Origin: Lepidodermella squamata
Taxonomy: Eukaryota; Animalia; Gastrotricha
NCBI GenBank assembly: GCA_047495785.1
Contig: JBLDXI010000017.1
Location: forward strand, 1,240,001-1,304,000
Direction of reading: 5' to 3'
Length of the DNA stretch: 64,000 nt
Of the stretch, positions 12,358-24,995 are shown piece after piece. Made by a program: the position numbers and the translations under genes. The notes under the pieces are model-generated. The model worked only from the letters and a program-made list of their open reading frames with translations. It searched no databases and was not told the DNA's origin. Positions within the stretch are counted from its first letter, which is position 1. The number at the start of each line of letters is the position of its first letter.

Positions 12358-13532
12358 TTAGAGGAGAGTTCCATCCGCCTTGTGATGTCGCTCCCAAGCG
12401 CACATTTGACAGCCGTACATTATCGCGTAGCAGGCGAGCGCAGGAAGGCAGAGCAGGCCCATGATCAGCATAGCCCACCACTCGATCAATTGAGGCTTTG
12501 GAGCTCCTTTAGTTACCTCAACTTCGACGTCCTTTGCTGTTGAGAAAAATTTATACATCACGTATCGTACAGCGCTCATAAAATGGCTCACTTATAATGG
12601 GCCCACCAGAGGCTTCCTTAGCTACTACAGCCTTCTTCACATTACCATTAGCTGCCGGATTGACTTGCCGTATAGTAGACCTAATCCAGTGCAAAGCATT
12701 GCATAGCCAATTGTAAGACAACGGCTTATTAGTAGTATCGCAGAGTTTGTCCCGATCACCAGCAATCCCACCGAAGAAGTATGTTCCATGTGGAGATTCC
12801 TTGCACAAGAGAGCTTGGCCTTTAACTTCTGAGATGCAGTCCTCGGCGTGCTCCTGCCGCGCAGCACAAAGGTTCAAAATATTGCCTGACTCATCCAGTT
12901 GAATGTTGCATTCCTCCAGGGGTTTTAATAACATTTCTGACGTGACAACGGTCTCGCCATTTCGACCCCGCATACTCTTAAAGCCGGTCGTCTCGGGAAA
13001 GGCACAGTTATCAATGGCCTCACATTGCTTATCGCTCGGGAGGGCAATAGGTGAAATTGCCTTATCGAATCGAGAAATCGAACGCGCAAGATGTAGCAGT
13101 GCGAAATCAATGTGACTTTTTGAGCCGTTGTTTTGCTGATCCTCGGCAAAAATCTTAATGGAACTACTTTTCGAAATCGTGCGATATTGTTCAACCGGTG
13201 AGTTGACGAATCGGATCTTCACGCTATACCGTATACACAGTCAATGATGGTTAGATTCAGGGGTTCAACACACTTGAGAGCGGGAGATGTTCCGTTATGA
13301 ACGCAGCTAGCGGAAGTAAGCAGCCAGGCGCTGGAGATTAAGGTAGCGCCACAGTGAAAGGACGCGCCATCTGCAAAGGACGATGTTATCCAGGCCTGTG
13401 TGTAAAAATATGCGATTAATGTATATTATTTTATCATGATCAAGATCTTACTGTCCATGGAAACACTGCGACTCCTTCGGATATCACCATGCTTGGTAGG
13501 GTGGCTACACTGATCAGCCATAACACATCCAT
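12358..13532 (-). CDS. Array gene F (subfamily 1): inactive trypsin-like domain + TM + Cys tail
   Basis: Signal MDVLWLISVATLPSMVIS; VFPWT; WLLTSASC; HIDFALL; EVKGQALLC; tail EWWAMLIMGLLCLPALACYAIMYGCQMCAWERHHKADGTLL*. Confidence 0.8.
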
Positions 13533-13675
13533 TAAAGCTAAAATGAATCCTAAGATAGTGTATTTAAATGTCTAGCAATTAATATCTGTTCGGTTTATAC
13601 AGCTTTTAGAGTTTCAAAAAACTTCGTTTCCCACTGAAGCCTTCACTTTAAAATTTAAATGTTAGGTGTAGCAGT

Positions 13676-15936
13676 TTATTTTTTGAACTGAGTAGTTTCC
13701 CATGTATCGAGGTTGCAGGCGTAACAGCATGGATAGATAAGCATGACTGGGAAGAAGAAAATCCAAATCAGCCTGAAACGGAATTATTTTAGGTTCTTTA
13801 AGATTCGCTAAACCATTCACTTACAATTGAACCCACCACGGCCTTCAAGGAAAATAAACATGTTATATAACCATAAATAGATTACAACATGCACAAATTT
13901 ACCATTGTTCAGGCTGTGGCGCTATCGTTCTAGTGATTTTAGTCACCGTTCTAGTCACAACTGAAAGCAAGGCAATGTAATTACCACGTAAGTTTCTCTG
14001 TGTAACTAGGTCTTACCCATGGCAGTTGATGGTGAGGTAGGTGGTTCTGTGGCGGCTGAATTTTGCACCTATAGTAGGCATCGACCAATAAAATGACGAA
14101 AATACTTGTGGGGAAAACAAACGCAAGATCCAGGACTAGACCATTGACCGGCTTGTTGGCATACCATGTAAGAGTTTCCAACCAAAACGAAACCGTTTGT
14201 GCAAGTCAAAGTTCTGACGCTTGCGATAGTGTTTGTACCCGAACTGAATACTCCATTCGGAATAACTGGAATCATGCTATCTGAACATTGCACATCATCC
14301 ACTAGGTCACGTGGAGCAGCCGTTGGCGGCCTTCTTGTGGTCAGTCTGGTCGCCGGCTCTTGTATTCCGAATTACATAGATGTCGAAAAAACAATTTCAC
14401 AGCTAAATTTACCTTTAGTCGACTCATTTTCTGCTCAAAAAATGTGTTAAAAGATTGCTCAAAAGATTGAACAATCCTCTTAGAAAACTCGTTGACTTTT
14501 TTCAGAAATTTTTTTCATTAAGTTTCCTCTCTGGTTGATCTGATCTCTATGCACGTAAGTTTCTCAGTGTAACTAGGTCTTACCTATGGCAGGTGGTGCT
14601 GTGGCAGCTGAATTTTGCACCTATAGTAGGCGTCGAGCAATAAAATGACGAAAATATTTGTGGGGAAAACAAACGCAAGATCCAGGACTTGACCATTGAC
14701 CGGTTGTTTGGCACACCATGTAAGAGTTTCCAACCAAAACGAAACCGTTTGTGCAAGTCAAAGTTCTGACGCTTGCGACAGTGTTTGTACCAGAACTGAA
14801 TACTCCATTCGGAATAACTGGAATCATTCTATCTAAACATTGCACATCATCAGCCGATGCAGCCTTTGGTAGTGATGGCCATCTTCTTGCGGGCTGTCCG
14901 ACTGGCGCGGGTTCTTAAGTTCGGATTTACGTAGATAATATACGCATCATAATTACTCAGCTATACTTACCTTTGGTCGACTCATTTTCTACTCGAAAAA
15001 TGTGTTAATGATACCATTGAGTAATAATGAAACAAAGCAACCTTCCATGTGCAGTGCTCGAAGTGGGTCAGCAAGACCGGTTACTCGGCGAATCCAGCTA
15101 AGAACACGACAAATCCTCGCGTAGACGTAAACGCCTGGTTTTCCTGTCGAACACGTCTCGCTTAGCCGATGAGAAGCGATCCCAAACAGAGATTTTGTAA
15201 CAACGCCAATCAATGGACTACCGACATTTCCATCCCTACAAAAGGGCGACGTCACTTCACCAACGCATAATTTCGCGTCAGACGACGGTTCCAAACCGCA
15301 ATCCAAGTGAGCTTTGATCTTGATATTTGATTCACTCGGCATCCCAGCTTCATCGATTGCAACAGCAAATGCTTCATCGGGGCTTGTCGAGCATGATTCT
15401 GCAGTTGGTAGGCTTAATTTCGCAAGCTGACTTCCAAACTTGCCATCCCGACCCAAGTTTAGCAGAGCGAAATCAAAATTGTATTCACCACCCCTGCCAA
15501 AATGTGGATGAATGATGATTGATGATTTGCCTATAACTTCAATTGTCTTGGATAGGAGCCCGAATGCAACAATAGCGCTAAAAAGGTTCAACATACAAAA
15601 GCAGCGAAGGAGGTTTAAATATTACTTGCTGGCAGTGGTGTGATTATCATTTCGAAGACAACGAGCCGCAGTCAATAACCAGTGATCACTGATAAGAACG
15701 CCCATACATTCAACTTTTTCAAACTTGCTACCAACAGGTATCACACTTTTAACGTTCGCCTGGTTGGATTGTCAGTAAATGATAAATAAATCAAACACGG
15801 ATGTGAATTTTATTCGAACCAAATAGGAGAATTCGCTGAAGGCTGGATTGACCGGAATGACGTCGAGAGCGGCGCCCAGGGTGATGAGTGACGCGGCTAA
15901 TAAATTAGAAGGAAACAAATTGCTTCGAATATCCAT
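13676..15936 (-). CDS. Array gene G (subfamily 2): inactive trypsin-like domain + two Sushi domains + TM + Cys tail
   Basis: Signal MDIRSNLFPSNLLAASLITLGAA; WLLTAARC; NFDFALL; GNVGSPL; near-identical Sushi exons in ORFs 14621-14845 and 14069-14302; tail IWIFFFPVMLIYPCCYACNLDTWETTQFKK*. Confidence 0.8.
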
Positions 15937-16905
15937 CGCCTCAAGTCTAGCCAAAAAAGTTCGCAAAATCTCGCGGCTAATTTCGAGTTGGCGTAAAACA
16001 CAGGCTTTATACCTTCCCATTGTACCGGTATCAGTAAATACGGTTATATTCGGCTCTTGTTTTCGAAAACAACTATGACTCTCACCCGTACCGATTTGTT
16101 TAGGGAGCAACTCTTTTACGACCTGTGATGTTGGCCGCGGCCCTGGATGCCTCTAATAGTTGCGCGGAGTTGCGGAACATTAGATTATAAATAACACAAT
16201 TGTCGTCATATAATAATTGTCATCTTCAAGTTGAATACCAACAAGTAAACTTATAGGCTGAATCATTGTAGGCGACAATTTGTGATATAAATAACTCTCA
16301 CATTATACACGTTATAACTAATGAAACTTGGTAAATGAGCGAAATTGTGCTAAAAATTGGCCGGATGAAGAAACAATTGGAGCAAAAACATGTTTTTGTG
16401 AAGCTGATGAAGCGGGCACTTTGGACAACTAGTATTCGGTGTAATCGATGGGTTGTCAAATTTAACCTGAATCCTGAGTACTATCCTTTCGCTTTCACTG
16501 AATGAAGCCGCGAGATCCAAACCCGATAAAATAACATTGGGATATACAGTCATAGGTCAGAGGTCTCATACGCAACCGCAGCAGGTACGGAAAAGTAGGA
16601 CATGGTGTAAAGCCCGACCTTTTGGACTCAAGATTTCACCAGCACCATGAAATACTAATCAACTATATTAAAATATCAATAGGAATGAAAACCCCGGGTA
16701 TGCAGCGTATGATTTTCCAATGTATGATTTTCCAACCATTTGTCAACGTCACGCCTATTTGATAAGATTTTGCATCGGGTTTGCTCCAGGATTTTGCGAA
16801 AATTCAATGTGAACTGTTTATAGTAATCCACAAAATTGACGTTTCATTATATTTTTATTGAAAATTTATGCAAGCATCTCATTACATCGAATACTATGGT
16901 ATGGG

Positions 16906-16993
16906 ACGCGGAATTTCCACCCGAGCTGAATACGGGATTCGGTGTCAGTTCATATTCGGCGCTTCTTACGTGATCATTCCATACAAGTAACAT

Positions 16994-17051
<58 letters not shown>

Positions 17052-18011
17052 TAATGAGCATGATATCCAGGAAGGAAGCTCGACAGTGAAAAAAGAAAGT
17101 GCAGCCGCAGCAGAGTAGTCAGAGTGCCATGGTGGTATCAGTTCCGTTTCAGGTTTCCGGTGAATTATTTTATGATTTTTGAATTATTAGAAAAGCGAAT
17201 GGTTTTTTCAGGAGTTCCAGGTAAGTTTGTTGGCGGCAGCTATTAGCCGAGATAGCACTTTGCGCATCAGTGGAAAGATTGTTGAATAGTATCGCCCCTC
17301 GATACGTCGATATTTGACAACACGACTTGCCATTGGTCTCGTCATCAAGGTCTCGAGGGCCAACCGTCGGGGTTGCGCGACGTTTCAGTGTAGTTCGTCC
17401 AGTTGTAATTAGTTCACTTCCTTGATGATTCGATGTATGCGTAAAAGAGAGGAATATCATGAGGGTGCGACTTACCGTTGGTCTTGGCAACGTCTACTCA
17501 AGAAAACGCCATTGAAATTAGGTGATATTCTAGTCATATAAGCAAACCTTCCTTTTGCAAAGCCTGAAGAGGGTTTGTAAGACCAGTTATTCGCCGAATC
17601 CAGGTTAAAACTCGGCATATCCGGGCGTAAACGTAAACAGCCGGTTTGCCGGGCAAACACTCATCGTTTTGTCCATATGACGCGATTCCAAGCAGCGATT
17701 TAGTGTTCTCGCTAACCAAGGGACTCCCGGCATTCGCCTTTATACTACAGAATGGCTCAGTGACTTCTCCAACGCAAAATTTCATGTCAGAGGAAGAATC
17801 CAGGTCACATTCTGAGTAAGCTTTGAGCTGAAGATTCAATTTATTCAAGTTCCCATCTGCATCGATGAATACGGCAAATTGCTCCTCGGCACCCTCATCT
17901 CCACCTTTAGCCGAGCACGATCCCCCATCAGGAATGCTGATACTAGTTTCAAGCGGGGCTCCTTCCCTGCCTAAATCGAGTAGAGCGAAATCGAAGTTGT
18001 ATTTGCCATTC
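16906..18011 (-). pseudogene. Array gene H: truncated copy of gene E
   Basis: 17312-18011 closely matches E 10260-10961, and a Sushi-exon remnant at 16906-16942 matches about 9569-9606. The 5' exons are replaced by the MULE, while E-like promoter sequence resumes at 20261. Confidence 0.75.
16997..17051. repeat. (ATT)n microsatellite, about 17 units
   Basis: Read directly from the sequence. Confidence 0.95.
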
Positions 18012-20260
18012 AACTGTGTTGGGGATTTGATTTTTCAGATTTTGATTATCACGATTTTAGACCGTTTTGGGCTGTGATTTCATTTGAAGGGATTGATTTG
18101 AAAGAATCAAGATTTGATTGGCGCAAAAAACTTGATTTAAGGGATTCCAAAATCAAAAACATCGTGGGAAAATAGCGATCCGTATGTGCAAACTGCCGGG
18201 AGGATGAGAAGATTCCAGGAATTTTTCTATTTTTCCAGGAAGTCGTTGTCTGACGAAGTTATTCAAATGATAAGAAATGGTTTCAATCTGGCTAATATTT
18301 CCGGGCTTAAAGCCATGATGCAACACATCGAACGAGCATTTGCTGACCTTGGCCGCGCACATGAATATTTCCTCGTGAAAAAACACGCAGTCAAATACCA
18401 ACTTGAAAAGCTGAAAAATGCCGGGCGGGTGGCTAACTATAAATTGTAAGATTTGATCGATTTTCACGAGACATTCAAAAAAATCGCCGGTGATGATCAA
18501 GCGTTTTCCCTCGCCGTTGAGACTTCGCCCGAAACAGCTACCCAAACCCAGAGTTTTGGGATCGTGTTATCAACCCCGAGACTTATCCGGCACCTGGGGC
18601 ATGGTGGTCCCGTACACATAGACGGCACCTACAAGCTGAATTGGTCCGGCTTTCCAGTGTTGGTTATGGGTACAAGCGACAAGGAACGCAAATTTCACCC
18701 TGTTGCGGTGCCGTTACTGGAGGAGAGAGGCGGGAAGATTACCGTTTTGTCTTGAAGAGTGTGAAGGATGCTTATCTGCGAGTGTGCGGTAAGTGTGGCG
18801 CTTAATCCTCCTTAATATCGTTAACTCCACTTCATTATAGGTGTAGAGCAACCTAAGCCGCCTGTTGTCGTGCGCGATGGTGCGCCGGCTATAGCAGGTG
18901 CTATCGAGGACGTGTACGGCGCGGACGTTCTGTAGCAAATGTGTTACGCGCATGTTATACGTAATTGCGACACTCGTCTCAAATTGTAGCCTCAGGCCAT
19001 GAGCGCGCGCATGCGAAGTGATATTGGTTGCCTCCAGCTGGCCCGTTCGAGGGACATGTTCGATGAGTTCAAACCCCAATTTATCGCTCATTGGGCTGGA
19101 ATCCCAGAAGCCGAGGCTTTCTTGCTGTATTTCCATTCCGAGTGGCTTGACAACAAATGGCAAAATACTTGGTTTGAAGGGTACGCCCCAGGCTACCCTT
19201 CAACCAACAACGGCAACGAGTCCTACAACGAGGTCATAAAGAGAGACTTCTCTTCTCGGCACCGCATGCCCCTCGACAAGCCGCTGCCCCTTATCCGTAA
19301 CGAGATTTTGCCGTCATGGAGTCGTGATCGTCACCCTGACAATGTGAACTGCATCACCTATTCGAAACATGTTCTCTGGACTCATAGTGATTGGTGCAGC
19401 GGGTTGCCGTGGTCCGAGAAGCATATTACCTACATCACCTCCTCAATCCTCAAACGTTGGCGATTGGCTGAAAGTGCGGCTTTTCGTTTTTGACATGCTC
19501 GAGTGCTCGTGCAGTCGATATCAAAAGGTTGGGGTTTGTCGCCATTCCATTGGCATGGCCATTCGCCTGAAGCTGGTCACTGTTCCTACCAACGTTCTGA
19601 ACAGTCAGGTTGTCCAGAAAAAGCGTAAACGCGGCCGTCCTACTCTGGCTCAACGGGCTCTGCTCATGCAGAATGTGGAAAAGGCACCCAGCCCTGATCG
19701 CGAGTCGCTGGACAGTGATATTGGCGACACGGGTGGTGAACAATTCGAGCAACAAGACGATTATTTCGAAGAGTTGGTTGAGCCCGCGCCGGAGCTTTTT
19801 CCTACCCTGAGTGAGCCTGTTACCGGTCCAGCAACCATAGAGAACGACTTAGAGGTCGACGGTCGTGTTGCTCGAGGCGGCCGCGGTACTCGTGTTGGTC
19901 GCGGTACTCGACGCGGCCGTGGTGCTCGAGGCGGTCAAATCGCAGTTGAAGGTGAAGTCGAGACGCCAAAACCACGCCGAGGAAGGCCACCGCTGACCCG
20001 AAGCGTTTCAGCAGTTCCGCCCACAACAGCGCCGGCACCAAAACCGCAACGCGGCAGACGAGGGCGAAAATGCTGTTTTACTTAAATTTCATGATTTCAT
20101 GAATTTATTGATGTGATGTGTTGATGAATAAAATTTGGTTCCGCAAAAGTGAATTTAACATGGAAATATTATTTAAAAATTAAATCCAAAATTTGGTTCC
20201 GCTTACAGGCAAATTTGGTTCCGCAACAGTTAAATTTGGTTCCGCTAAAAGTAAGACCCA
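18012..20260 (+). mobile_element. Decayed Mutator-like (MULE) DNA transposon with SWIM zinc finger
   Basis: Broken ORFs carry HIDGTYKLNWSGFPVLVMG (first catalytic Asp region), STNNGNESYN (Glu region), CSCSRYQKVGVCRHS (SWIM) and KRKRGRP. They contain stops and frameshifts. Four AAATTTGGTTCCGC subterminal repeats lie at 20130-20246. Confidence 0.85.
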
Positions 20261-21059
20261 TTTTAAAACTTGTTTCGGCCCAAGCTTTATATCCCCGCCA
20301 ATGTACCGGTATAAATAAATAGGGATACATTTAGCTCGTGTTTTCGAAAACAAAGCAGTCTGGGCAAGCAATCTTTTGCGATTTCACTTGGTTAAAATGT
20401 TGGCTTCCAGTTAATTGCCGCGGCCCAGGTTCGGCATTTTTATATGCATACTGTAACCGAACGTGGACGCTACCCGAGTGATATCATGTATTTTATCTTC
20501 CACGTTAAAATAAACAAAAACAGCATAGGTTAAACAGGCAGGCCCTCATAATACGACACTTGGGTTATAATTAACCCTTGCGCCTCGTTTGAGACACTTG
20601 GCGCCACTGTGAGATGTGACTCGCGGCTCAACATAAATAGCTTCGAGATTTTTGGACGCTGAGTTATAAATTAGGATAAAAGTAGTACGTGTTTGAGTGA
20701 CCACTAGCTGGTCAGCGATCTCGTACTTCACGATACAACAATTGTCCCTGGGAGAAAAACCATGTAATAGTTTATTTGACTGTCGATTGGCCGCTGTTAG
20801 GTGTTTTACTTCCTTGAGCGATTCCAACGTAACATATTCTTACCTAGACATCAGTGCCCCAGATTACGCGAGCACGCATCTCGATTCGCGATTTATTTTT
20901 ACTTTTACAAATTTTTTATCAGAAATTAACAAGCCGATCTGATCGGTGCCGAACTTTGCATTCAATTGTTTACAAATAATGTTTCATGACGTTGATTTAT
21001 TTTTTTGATTTCACTATATAAAGTTAACATTACATAAAAATCGACATTATATACGACAT

Positions 21060-22242
21060 CTAGATGACAGTACCATCCGGCCTGTGATGTCGCTCCCAAG
21101 CGCAAAGTTGACAACCGTACATGCACAGGTAGCAGAAAAGAGCTGGAGCGCAGAAAATGGACATGATAAGCATAGCCCACCACTCGACCATTTGAGGCTT
21201 TGGGGCTCCTTTTGTTACCTCAACTTCGGTGTCCTTAACTGTTGAGAAAAGTTGATGCATTACAGATAATAATTGCTCACTCTTACAATGGCTTACATAT
21301 AATGGGCACACCCGCAGGAGCGCTTGCAGCTTCCTTAGCTACTACAGCCTTCTTCACATTACCATTAGCTGTCGGATTGACTTGCCGTATAGTAGACCTA
21401 ATCCATTGCAAGGCATTGCATAGCCAATTGTAAGACAACGGCTTATTAGTAGTATCGCAAAGCTTATCCCGATCACCAGCAATCCCACCGAAGAAGTACG
21501 TTCCATGTGGAGATTCCTTGCACAAGAGAGCTTGGCCTTGAACTTCTGAAATGCAGCCCTCGACGTGCTCCTGCCGCGCAGCACAAAGGTTCAAAATATT
21601 GCCTGAATCATCCAGTTGAATGTTGCATTCCTCCAGGGGTTTTAATAACATTTCTGACGTGACAACGGTCTCTCCATTTCGACCCCGGGTACTCTTGAAG
21701 CCAGTAGCCTCGGGAAAGGCACAATTATCAATGGCCTCACATTGCTTATCGCTCGGGAGGGCAATAGGTGAAATTGCCTTATCGAATCGAGAAATCGAAC
21801 GCGCAAGACGCAGCAAGGCGAAGTCAAGTTGGCTGCTTGAGCCGTTGTTTTGCTGATCCTCGGCAAAAACCTTAATGGAACTGCTTTTCGAAATCGTGCG
21901 ATATTGATCTACAGGTGCATTGGCGAATTGAACCTTCACGCTACACCGTATGTATGCAGACAATGAAGAATAGGTTCATAGGTCCAACTCACTTGACAGC
22001 GGGAGATGATGCATTATAAACGCAGCTAGCCGAGGTAAGAAGCCAGGCGCTGGAGATTAAGGTAGCGCCACAGTGTGAGGAAGAGCCATCAGCAAAGGAC
22101 GATGTGATCCAGGCCTGCAGGCAAAGTGTTTATGCGAATAAAGTTCGTAATTTCGTATTACCGTCCATGGAAACACTGCGACTCCTTCAGATTGCACCAA
22201 ATTGATTAGGGTGGCTACAGTGAGCAGCCACAACGCAGCCAT
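21060..22242 (-). CDS. Array gene I (subfamily 1): inactive trypsin-like domain + TM + Cys tail
   Basis: Signal MAALWLLTVATLINLVQS; WLLTSASC; ORF 21283-21963 is nearly identical to F; tail EWWAMLIMSIFCAPALFCYLCMYGCQLCAWERHHRPDGTVI*. Confidence 0.8.
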
Positions 22243-22381
22243 TAAAGCTAAAAACCTAAGACGGAATAATAACATTTCTAGCTGGTAAAAGCTGTTCACG
22301 GCAATGGGTTTTATCAGCGTTTAGAGTTTCGAAAACCTTCATTTTTCTACAATAATTCATTTACAATTAAGGTGTAGCAGT

Positions 22382-24080
22382 TTATTTTTTGAACTGAGTA
22401 GTTTCCCATGTATCGATGCAGCAGGAGTAGCAGCATGGGTAGAAACACATGATTGGGAAGAAGAAAATCCAAATCAGTCTGAAAAGACATTTTTACGAAC
22501 TTTTTAAAATTTACTCCTCAATTCACTTACAGCTGAACCCACCACGCCCTGCGAAACGCAAATATACTTTAAATACATCGTTCTACATATTATTTACACA
22601 TATTTACCATTGTTCAGGCTGCGCTTGGATGGTTTTAGTGATCTTGGTTACTGTTCTGGCCACAACTAGAGGAAAGGCAGTTCGTATATAATGTCAGCCC
22701 CTCTATGAAATCATGACAAACCTATTGGTGTTGGTGGAGGAGGTGGAGCCTGGTTTTGAACCTGAAAAAAACGAAATAAGAAACGATTTAGGTTTGGCAT
22801 CAAAACAAACGCAAGTTCCGGGACTTGACCATTGACCTGTTGATTGGCATACAATGAAACCATTTCCAACCACAACGAAACCGCTATAGCAATTAAGAAT
22901 CCTTATGCTTGCTACTTGTGTTGCGCCCGGACTGAATGCTCCATTCGGAATAACTGGAATCATGCTATCGTAACATTGCACATCATCCACTAGGTCACGT
23001 GGAGCAGCCGTTGGCCGCCTTCTTGTGGTCCGTCTGGTTGTCGGCTCTTGTATTCCGAATGACATTGATGACAGACTATAAATTCTCAGCAAAACTTACC
23101 GTCGGTCACCTCAGCTTCTGCTCAAAAATAAGTGTAATGATACCATCGAGTAATGAATGATAAAACAAAGCAACCTTCCATGTGCAGTGCTCGAAGTGGG
23201 TCAGCAAGACCGGTTACTCGGCGAATCCAATTGAGAACACGGCAAATCCTCGCGTAGACGTAAACGCCTGGTTTTCCCGTCGAGCACGTCTCGCTTAGCC
23301 GATGCGAAGCGATGCCAAACAGAGATTTTGCATCCACGCCAATCAAAGGACTGCCGACATTCTCATCCTTACAGAAGGGCGAGGCCACTTCACCAGCGCA
23401 TAATTTTGCGTCAGACGTCGCTTCCAAACCGCAATCTAAGTGAGCTTTGATCTTGATATTTGATTCACTCGGTATCCCTGCATCATCAATTGCAACAGCA
23501 AATGCTTCATCGGGGCTTGTCGAGCATGATTCAACTGTTGGTAAGCTGATTTTTGCGAGCTGACTTCCAAACTGGTTCTCACGGCCCAAGTCCAGCAAAG
23601 CGAAATCGAAGTTGTAATCACCGCCCCTGCCAAAATGTGGATGAATGATGATTGATGATTTGCCAGCGACTTGGATCGTCTTCGTGAGGAAACCGAATGC
23701 AACAGTAGCGCTGAATAGGTTAGAAAATGTTAGAAATCGTAAAAGCAGGGGAGGAGGTTCAAGTATTACTTGCTGGCGGTGGTGTGATTATCATTTCGAA
23801 GGCAACGAGCCGCAGTCAATAACCAGTGATCACTGATAAGAACGCCCATACATTCAACTTTTTCCAACTTGCCATCAACTGGTATCACACTTTTCACGCT
23901 CGCCTGGTTGGATAGTCAGTAAATGATAAATAAATCAAACACGGATGTGAATTTTATTCGAACCAAATAGGAGAAATCGCTGAATTCTGGATTAACTGGG
24001 ATGGTGTCGAGAGCCGCACCCAAGGTGATGAGGGATGCGGCTAATAAACAATAAGGAAACAATATGCTTCGACTATCCAT
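22382..24080 (-). CDS. Array gene J (subfamily 2): inactive trypsin-like domain + Sushi + TM + Cys tail
   Basis: Signal MDSRSILFPYCLLAASLITLGAA; WLLTAARC; ENVGSPL; Sushi in ORF 22703-23092; tail IWIFFFPIMCFYPCCYSCCIDTWETTQFKK*. Confidence 0.8.
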
Positions 24081-24995
24081 CGCGTCAAGTCTAACCAAAA
24101 ATAATGTTCGCTAAATGTCGCGGCTAATTTGGAGTTGGCGCAAAACAGGGGTTTTATACCCTCCCTTTGTACCGGTATCAGTAAATACGAATGTAATCAG
24201 CTCGTGCTTTCGAAAACAAACATGGATCTCATATGCACCGATTTGTTTAGGGAGCAAGTATTTTGCGGCCTGTGATGTTAGCCGCAGCCCTAATGCTTGT
24301 GGCTGCCCCCAGTTGGGGAACATTGAGATAACTTGTGTCATCGCATGTAATAAGTCTCACCTTTAAATTGGATACAAACAAGCGGATGTGTAAACATATA
24401 CTCTGAAGCATTGCGGGCGACAGCTTGTGATATAAATAGCTCACATTAAGCGTTCCGCGCAATAACTTGGTAAATGAGCGAAACAGCGCAAAAAAACTTG
24501 GCCAAATGAACAGTGGAGCAAACATGTTTTTGTGAAGCTGAAGCGGGCACTTAGGACAGTAATTCGGTGTAATCGATGGGTTGCCACCTGAATCCTGAAT
24601 ACTGAACTTTCACTTTTACTGAGCTGAGATCGAAACTTGATAAAATAACCCGACATGCAGTCAGAGATGTCTCATACGCAACCGAAGAAGGTTCGGAAAA
24701 CTAAACTGTAGGACAGGGTGTTAAGCCCGACCTTATTGTCTGGGATGTTACCAGCGCCATGAAATCGCTATTCAGCTGTGGAAATGCCGATGGGAATGGA
24801 AAATCCGGGATATGCTTTTCCTCACCAGGAAAAATGCATGGCTTTCGAGCCGTTTTCACCGTCATGCTTATCGCATCTGGATTGCTTCTGGAATTTTGGA
24901 AAATCAGTTAAAGATATATTTGAACTGTTTAGTAATCCACAAAGTTGATGTTTCACTATTATTTTTTATTTATTTCTATTCAGCAAGATATGTTA

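Noticed and set aside
20130-20246. AAATTTGGTTCCGC repeats with short spacers as a mini-CRISPR or regulatory array
   Set aside because: They are too short and sit at a MULE end; they are subterminal transposon repeats.
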